A DNA stretch of 64,000 nt, from positions 96,001 to 160,000 of the forward strand of contig CAWBHS010000022.1 in the NCBI GenBank assembly GCA_963788655.1, in the 5' to 3' direction. Both the position numbers and the translations under genes were made by a program. Positions 60,165 through 64,000 of the stretch are shown here, one piece after another. Positions within the stretch are counted from its first letter, which is position 1, and each line of letters starts with the position of its first letter. The notes beneath the pieces were generated by a model that made no database searches, was not told where the DNA came from, and saw only the letters and a list, made by a program, of their open reading frames with translations. This DNA comes from an uncultured Verrucomicrobiae bacterium (lineage in GTDB: Bacteria > Verrucomicrobiota > Verrucomicrobiia > Limisphaerales > JAFGQR01).

Positions 60165-60617
60165 AGGCCAGTTCGAAGGGATGGGGAAGGCACGGGAACG
60201 ATTCGTGGACGGCATGAACCGTCGCCTCGCTCGAAATACTTGAGCGACTTTGACATAAAAGCTGGGTAAGGCACGGAAAGCACGTGGTGCCGGCGGAATT
60301 CACGGCCCGGGGCGGTTGCGCGCCACGAGCCCAAAAGCCGCCGCACCATTCTCAAGGAAAATCCGGTGTGCTCTGATACTCACTGCTTTTTGGCGTCCAA
60401 ACCGCGAAGCATTCGGACCACGTGGTTTAATTCAAAGCAGAGGGGGTGCCAGAGTGAGGCGCATGAAGATTAGAACGGGTAGGGAACTGGTGCGGCCTGC
60501 GCCAATTCACCGCCCGCGGCATCCGCTCGGCTGGGCTCCACGGAGTCTCGCCCTGTGGAGTCGGCGTTGCGGGCAAAGAACGCCGAACGATTCGTGAGGC
60601 GCAGTTTATGGGGAAAC

Positions 60618-60653
60618 AAAAAAAAATCAGGGCGGTGCCGCAGCACCGCCCTG
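60618..60653 (-). terminator. Intrinsic terminator downstream of the FKBP gene
   Basis: 11-bp stem CAGGGCGGTGC/GCACCGCCCTG with a 4-nt loop, followed on the minus strand by A and T9. Confidence 0.88.
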
Positions 60654-60685
60654 CCTTGAGCGAAATGAAATGATCGGTAGCGCCC

Positions 60686-61402
60686 TTACTTCTTCGCCGG
60701 TTCTTTCGGGGCGGCGGGCGGTTTGATGCCGAGCAGTTCGATGTCGAACAGCAAGACGGAGTTTCCCGGGATATTGGGCCGACCGTTGGGGCCGTACGCC
60801 AGATCGGGCGGGATGACGAGTTGCCATTTCGAACCGACCGGCATCATGAGCAGCGCTTCGGTCCAGCCCTTGATCACCCCGGTCACCGGGAACGTGGCCG
60901 GTTCGCCACGACGATAGGAACTGTCGAATTCGGTGCCGTTCGACAACGTGCCGCGGTAGTGGACGATTACGGTGTCGTTGGTGGTCGGCTTGGGACCGGT
61001 GCCCATGGTGATGACCTTGTATTGGAGACCGCTCGGGGTGACTTGGACCCCTTCCTTTTTTTTGTTGGCGGCCAGGAAGGTTTCGGCCTCCTTGAGGTTT
61101 TCGGACGCCTCGGCTTTGCGTTTGGCCGTCTGTTTTTCGCGTAATTCGGTTTGGAAGGTGCGCATGGTGTTGCGGGCTTCTTCGTCGGTCATCAGGGTCT
61201 TGCCGCCGGAAAGGGCGTCCTTCAGCCCCTTCAGGTACATCTCGGGATTGACCTCGACGCCACTTTGTTTCATGGAATGGCCCATGTTCATGCCCAGCAT
61301 ATAACTCACTTTATCTTCCGGAGTTTTGAAGGGGCTGTCCTCCGCGGCGACGAGGGTCAGGGTCAGGCTGGTTAGCAAAATAGTAGTCAATGATAATTTC
61401 AT
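60686..61402 (-). CDS. fkpA: FkpA/Mip-type FKBP peptidyl-prolyl isomerase
   Basis: Signal peptide, KVSYMLG, TPSGLQY, VHYRGTL, FDSSY, VIKGWTEAL, IPPDLAYG and FDIELL. Confidence 0.93.
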   Translation of the reverse strand: MKLSLTTILLTSLTLTLVAAEDSPFKTPEDKVSYMLGMNMGHSMKQSGVEVNPEMYLKGLKDALSGGKTLMTDEEARNTMRTFQTELREKQTAKRKAEASENLKEAETFLAANKKKEGVQVTPSGLQYKVITMGTGPKPTTNDTVIVHYRGTLSNGTEFDSSYRRGEPATFPVTGVIKGWTEALLMMPVGSKWQLVIPPDLAYGPNGRPNIPGNSVLLFDIELLGIKPPAAPKEPAKK

Positions 61403-61862
61403 GTTAGCGATCTTCAACGGACTTGCCCGGGATCGGAAATGGCTTCGGCCCAGACAACCAAGTTAATTGTCAAGTTGCCAAACTAATCGGTATTACCCGC
61501 TCGTCAAGGCCAAGCTCCGGCTCGACAAGGATTTTCCTAGTGGCGAGCCAACCGTGGTTTGTGACAAAGTCAAATCACCGTTGCCTTGGCAAGCATTCCT
61601 AAATGCCCGAACAGCATACGAAGCGCCCAGTGCCGGCACCGGATTGGCCTGAAGGCGTGAACACCGGTGAGCTACGGGCTCAAGTGCGCGTGCGCAAGGC
61701 GTGACGGATTTTTGTTGATGACAATTTGATTCGGGTGGCGGAGCGTATCCTCAGCGGGGTTCCCCCCAACCCCCACCTCCCTGACGCCCGCTGCCCGAAT
61801 CGTTTTTCTTCTATTGACATTGCCCGCTGACGCGGAAAGCTCAGCCGGTTGTCGCATTAGTC

Positions 61863-64000
61863 ATGATTGCCGAAAACAGAAGGCGAACCATTGTGAACCT
61901 GGCTGCTGTTTCCCGTGTCCTGGGGGGGGCGGTAATGGCGGCCGGAAGCCTGTTCGTGTTCGGCTGGCTTTTCCATCTGGAAGCGCTGCAAGGCGACTGG
62001 CTGGGACCGGCCCCGGTGGTTCCAACAGCGGCCGTGGCGTTTCTGCTGGCCGGCGCCGCTTTGGCTGGCTTAAGCTTTCCCTCGCTCGGAGCGGGTTCTC
62101 GTTGCGTAGTCAGAATAGTGGCCGGCGCGACCGTCACGGTGGGCGGGTTGGCCCTGGTTCTGCGTCTATTTAGTTTTTTCAATGATCACCAACCGTTGCT
62201 GCTCGAAAGCTCGATCCCAATGGGGCCCTGGAATCTGGGGAAAATGTCTGCCGAAACCGCTCTCAGTTTGGCCCTGATGGGAACCGCGTTGTTGCTCCTG
62301 GCGCGCCGGGATAATCGTGGATTTCGGCTGGCGCAGGGGCTGACGCTGGTGGCGTCGGGAATATCCCTGGTAGCCTTCCTGGGATACGCCTACGAAATCC
62401 GGGCCTTCAACCAGATTCATTTCCTGAAACCGATGCCGCTGCCAAGTTCGGTGCTGTTTCTGATGCTTGGCGCGGGTATTCTATGTGCCCAGAGCGGCTC
62501 CGGACTGGGCCGATTGTTGGCGGCCAACAACGCCGGCGGAATTTTGGTGCGCCGGTTGTTGCCGGTGGCCGTTGTGTTGCCGTTGGTCCTGGATGGGCTG
62601 CGGTTGATGGCCCAACGCGCCGGTTGGTTTGATCCGGAGGTGGGCGTGGCCTTGTTCGCGGTTTCCGACGTGGTCATTTTGTTTGGGTTGATCTGGTGGA
62701 ACGGCCACTGGCTGGACACCATGGATACCGATCGCCACCGGTTGGTTGCCGAACTGCACCGGTCCCATGAACGGTTCGCCCGCATGTTCCAATCCAATCC
62801 CCTGCCCATCAGCCTGGTGGCTTCGGAGGGAAGCCGTTTCCTCGATATCAACGACGCGTTCACCCGCATGACCGGGTATAGCCGGGCGGAGACGCTGGGA
62901 CGCACCGCCCTCGAACTGGGCCTATGGGTGCATCCGGAACGCCGGGCCGAATTGTTGCGTCTCATGGAACAACAAGGAGCGGTCGATGCGTTCGAATTCC
63001 AATACCGCACGAAAAAAGGTGAGGTGCGCGACGCGATGTCATTCACCGACCGTATCGAATTGGAAACCGGCCCGTGTTTCCTGTTCATTTCCAACGACAT
63101 CACCGGTCGCAACCGGGCCGTCGAGGAACACGCGCGGCTGGCCGCCATCGTCAAGTCCGCCAACGACGCGATTATTGGCAAGACGCTCGCCGGCGTCGTC
63201 GTCAGTTGGAATGAAGCCGCGGAACGCACTTATGGTTATACCGCACAAGAGATGGTGGGCCAATCCATCAACCGGGTGGTACCGCCGGAACGGTTGCCGG
63301 AACTTGAGCAAATCAACCAAAGCATCCGGCGCGGTGAACGCGTGCGCATTCTCGAAACCTCCCGCATCCGCAAAGATGGCCGGCGCATCGTCGTGTCGCT
63401 GGCCGTCTCTCCGCTCAAGGATGTCACCGGCAAGGTGGTCGGCATTTCCACGATTGCTCGCGACATCACCGAACGCAAACGCGCCGAGGAACAAATCCGC
63501 CAACTCAACACCGAACTGGAGGAGCGCGTCCGGCAACGCACCGCGGAACTCGAAACCGTCAACCGCGAACTGCGTCAGGAAATCGTGCAACGTGAACAGA
63601 CGCAGGAGGCGTTGCGCCAGAGTGAGGAACGGTTCCGTTTGCAGGTCGAACGGATGCCCATAGCCTGTGTGCTGCTCGATGCCGAGTTCCGCTTCCAGTA
63701 TTGGAACCCGGCGGCCAACCGCATCTTTGGTTATTGTCCCAACGAAGTCCTCGGCAAGCATCCCGAGGAACTCATTATCCCGCCGGACACCCCCACCCAA
63801 CTGAACGGCAGCCTGGCGCGGATGGCCGCCGAAAACACCACGATTCGCCGCGTGGGTGAGAACCGGACGAAGGATGGGCGGCGGATTACCTGCGAATGGT
63901 CCAACACGCCCCTGAAAGATGCCTCCGGGCAGGTGCTGGGTCTGCTGGCCATGGCCCAGGACATTACCGAACGGCGTCAGAAGGAGGCGGAGATCCGCCG
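61863..64000 (+). CDS. Multi-TM, multi-PAS sensor protein (probably a histidine kinase); runs off the window
   Basis: The frame is open from ATG 61863 (MIAENRRRT) to the window end and is not in the ORF track. About 8 hydrophobic segments, three PAS/PAC domains (NDAFTRMTGY, WNEAAERTYGY, WNPAANRIFGY, each ending DIT) and a coiled coil (LEERVRQRTAEL). Confidence 0.88.
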   Translation, partial: MIAENRRRTIVNLAAVSRVLGGAVMAAGSLFVFGWLFHLEALQGDWLGPAPVVPTAAVAFLLAGAALAGLSFPSLGAGSRCVVRIVAGATVTVGGLALVLRLFSFFNDHQPLLLESSIPMGPWNLGKMSAETALSLALMGTALLLLARRDNRGFRLAQGLTLVASGISLVAFLGYAYEIRAFNQIHFLKPMPLPSSVLFLMLGAGILCAQSGSGLGRLLAANNAGGILVRRLLPVAVVLPLVLDGLRLMAQRAGWFDPEVGVALFAVSDVVILFGLIWWNGHWLDTMDTDRHRLVAELHRSHERFARMFQSNPLPISLVASEGSRFLDINDAFTRMTGYSRAETLGRTALELGLWVHPERRAELLRLMEQQGAVDAFEFQYRTKKGEVRDAMSFTDRIELETGPCFLFISNDITGRNRAVEEHARLAAIVKSANDAIIGKTLAGVVVSWNEAAERTYGYTAQEMVGQSINRVVPPERLPELEQINQSIRRGERVRILETSRIRKDGRRIVVSLAVSPLKDVTGKVVGISTIARDITERKRAEEQIRQLNTELEERVRQRTAELETVNRELRQEIVQREQTQEALRQSEERFRLQVERMPIACVLLDAEFRFQYWNPAANRIFGYCPNEVLGKHPEELIIPPDTPTQLNGSLARMAAENTTIRRVGENRTKDGRRITCEWSNTPLKDASGQVLGLLAMAQDITERRQKEAEIR

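Noticed and set aside
61420..61860. 440-bp intergenic region as ncRNA or CRP-like site (TGTGACAAAGTCAAA)
   Set aside because: The spacing does not fit TGTGA-N6-TCACA and I recognise no RNA family; it is likely just divergent promoters.
62417..63800. Minus-strand ORFs of 270 and 253 aa
   Set aside because: Shadows of the plus-strand PAS sensor gene that runs off the window.
1..64000. tRNA, rRNA, integrase, transposase, prophage or defence genes
   Set aside because: No supporting motifs were seen by eye; a tRNAscan/Infernal run would be needed to exclude small RNAs.

Overview
High-GC bacterial DNA. Its gene content (LEPR-xLL giant protein, DUF1592/DUF1552 pair, sulfatases, PQQ-like propeller, Tat-exported Gfo/Idh/MocA) suggests the PVC superphylum, most likely Verrucomicrobiota; this is an inference. 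Positions 1-17904 are one uninterrupted minus-strand ORF of at least 5968 aa that runs off the window and is absent from the ORF track. It has an N-terminal LEPR-xLL motif, ~380-aa Gly/Ala/Val beta-helix-type macro-repeats, nine copies of a ~75-100 aa repeat, RTX nonapeptides and an in-frame REP-like palindrome doublet. The remainder mixes housekeeping genes (class II DAHP synthase, pyk, leuA with a leucine attenuator, ctpA, tsaD, hemB, FKBP) with accessory genes (sulfatases, a vanadium-haloperoxidase-like protein, DUF4838, DUF1592/DUF1552, a multidomain surface protein, an NtrC-type regulator, a PAS sensor). The best candidate for a new system is a marR - Spinster-type MFS - aas operon, in which a Spns-like transporter takes the partner role that LplT has next to the Aas lysophospholipid-repair enzyme. 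Several REP/MITE-like palindrome families and heptamer arrays fill the intergenic regions. Six single-base frameshifts occur in five accessory genes and may be sequencing indels. I saw no rRNA, tRNA, CRISPR array or transposase.
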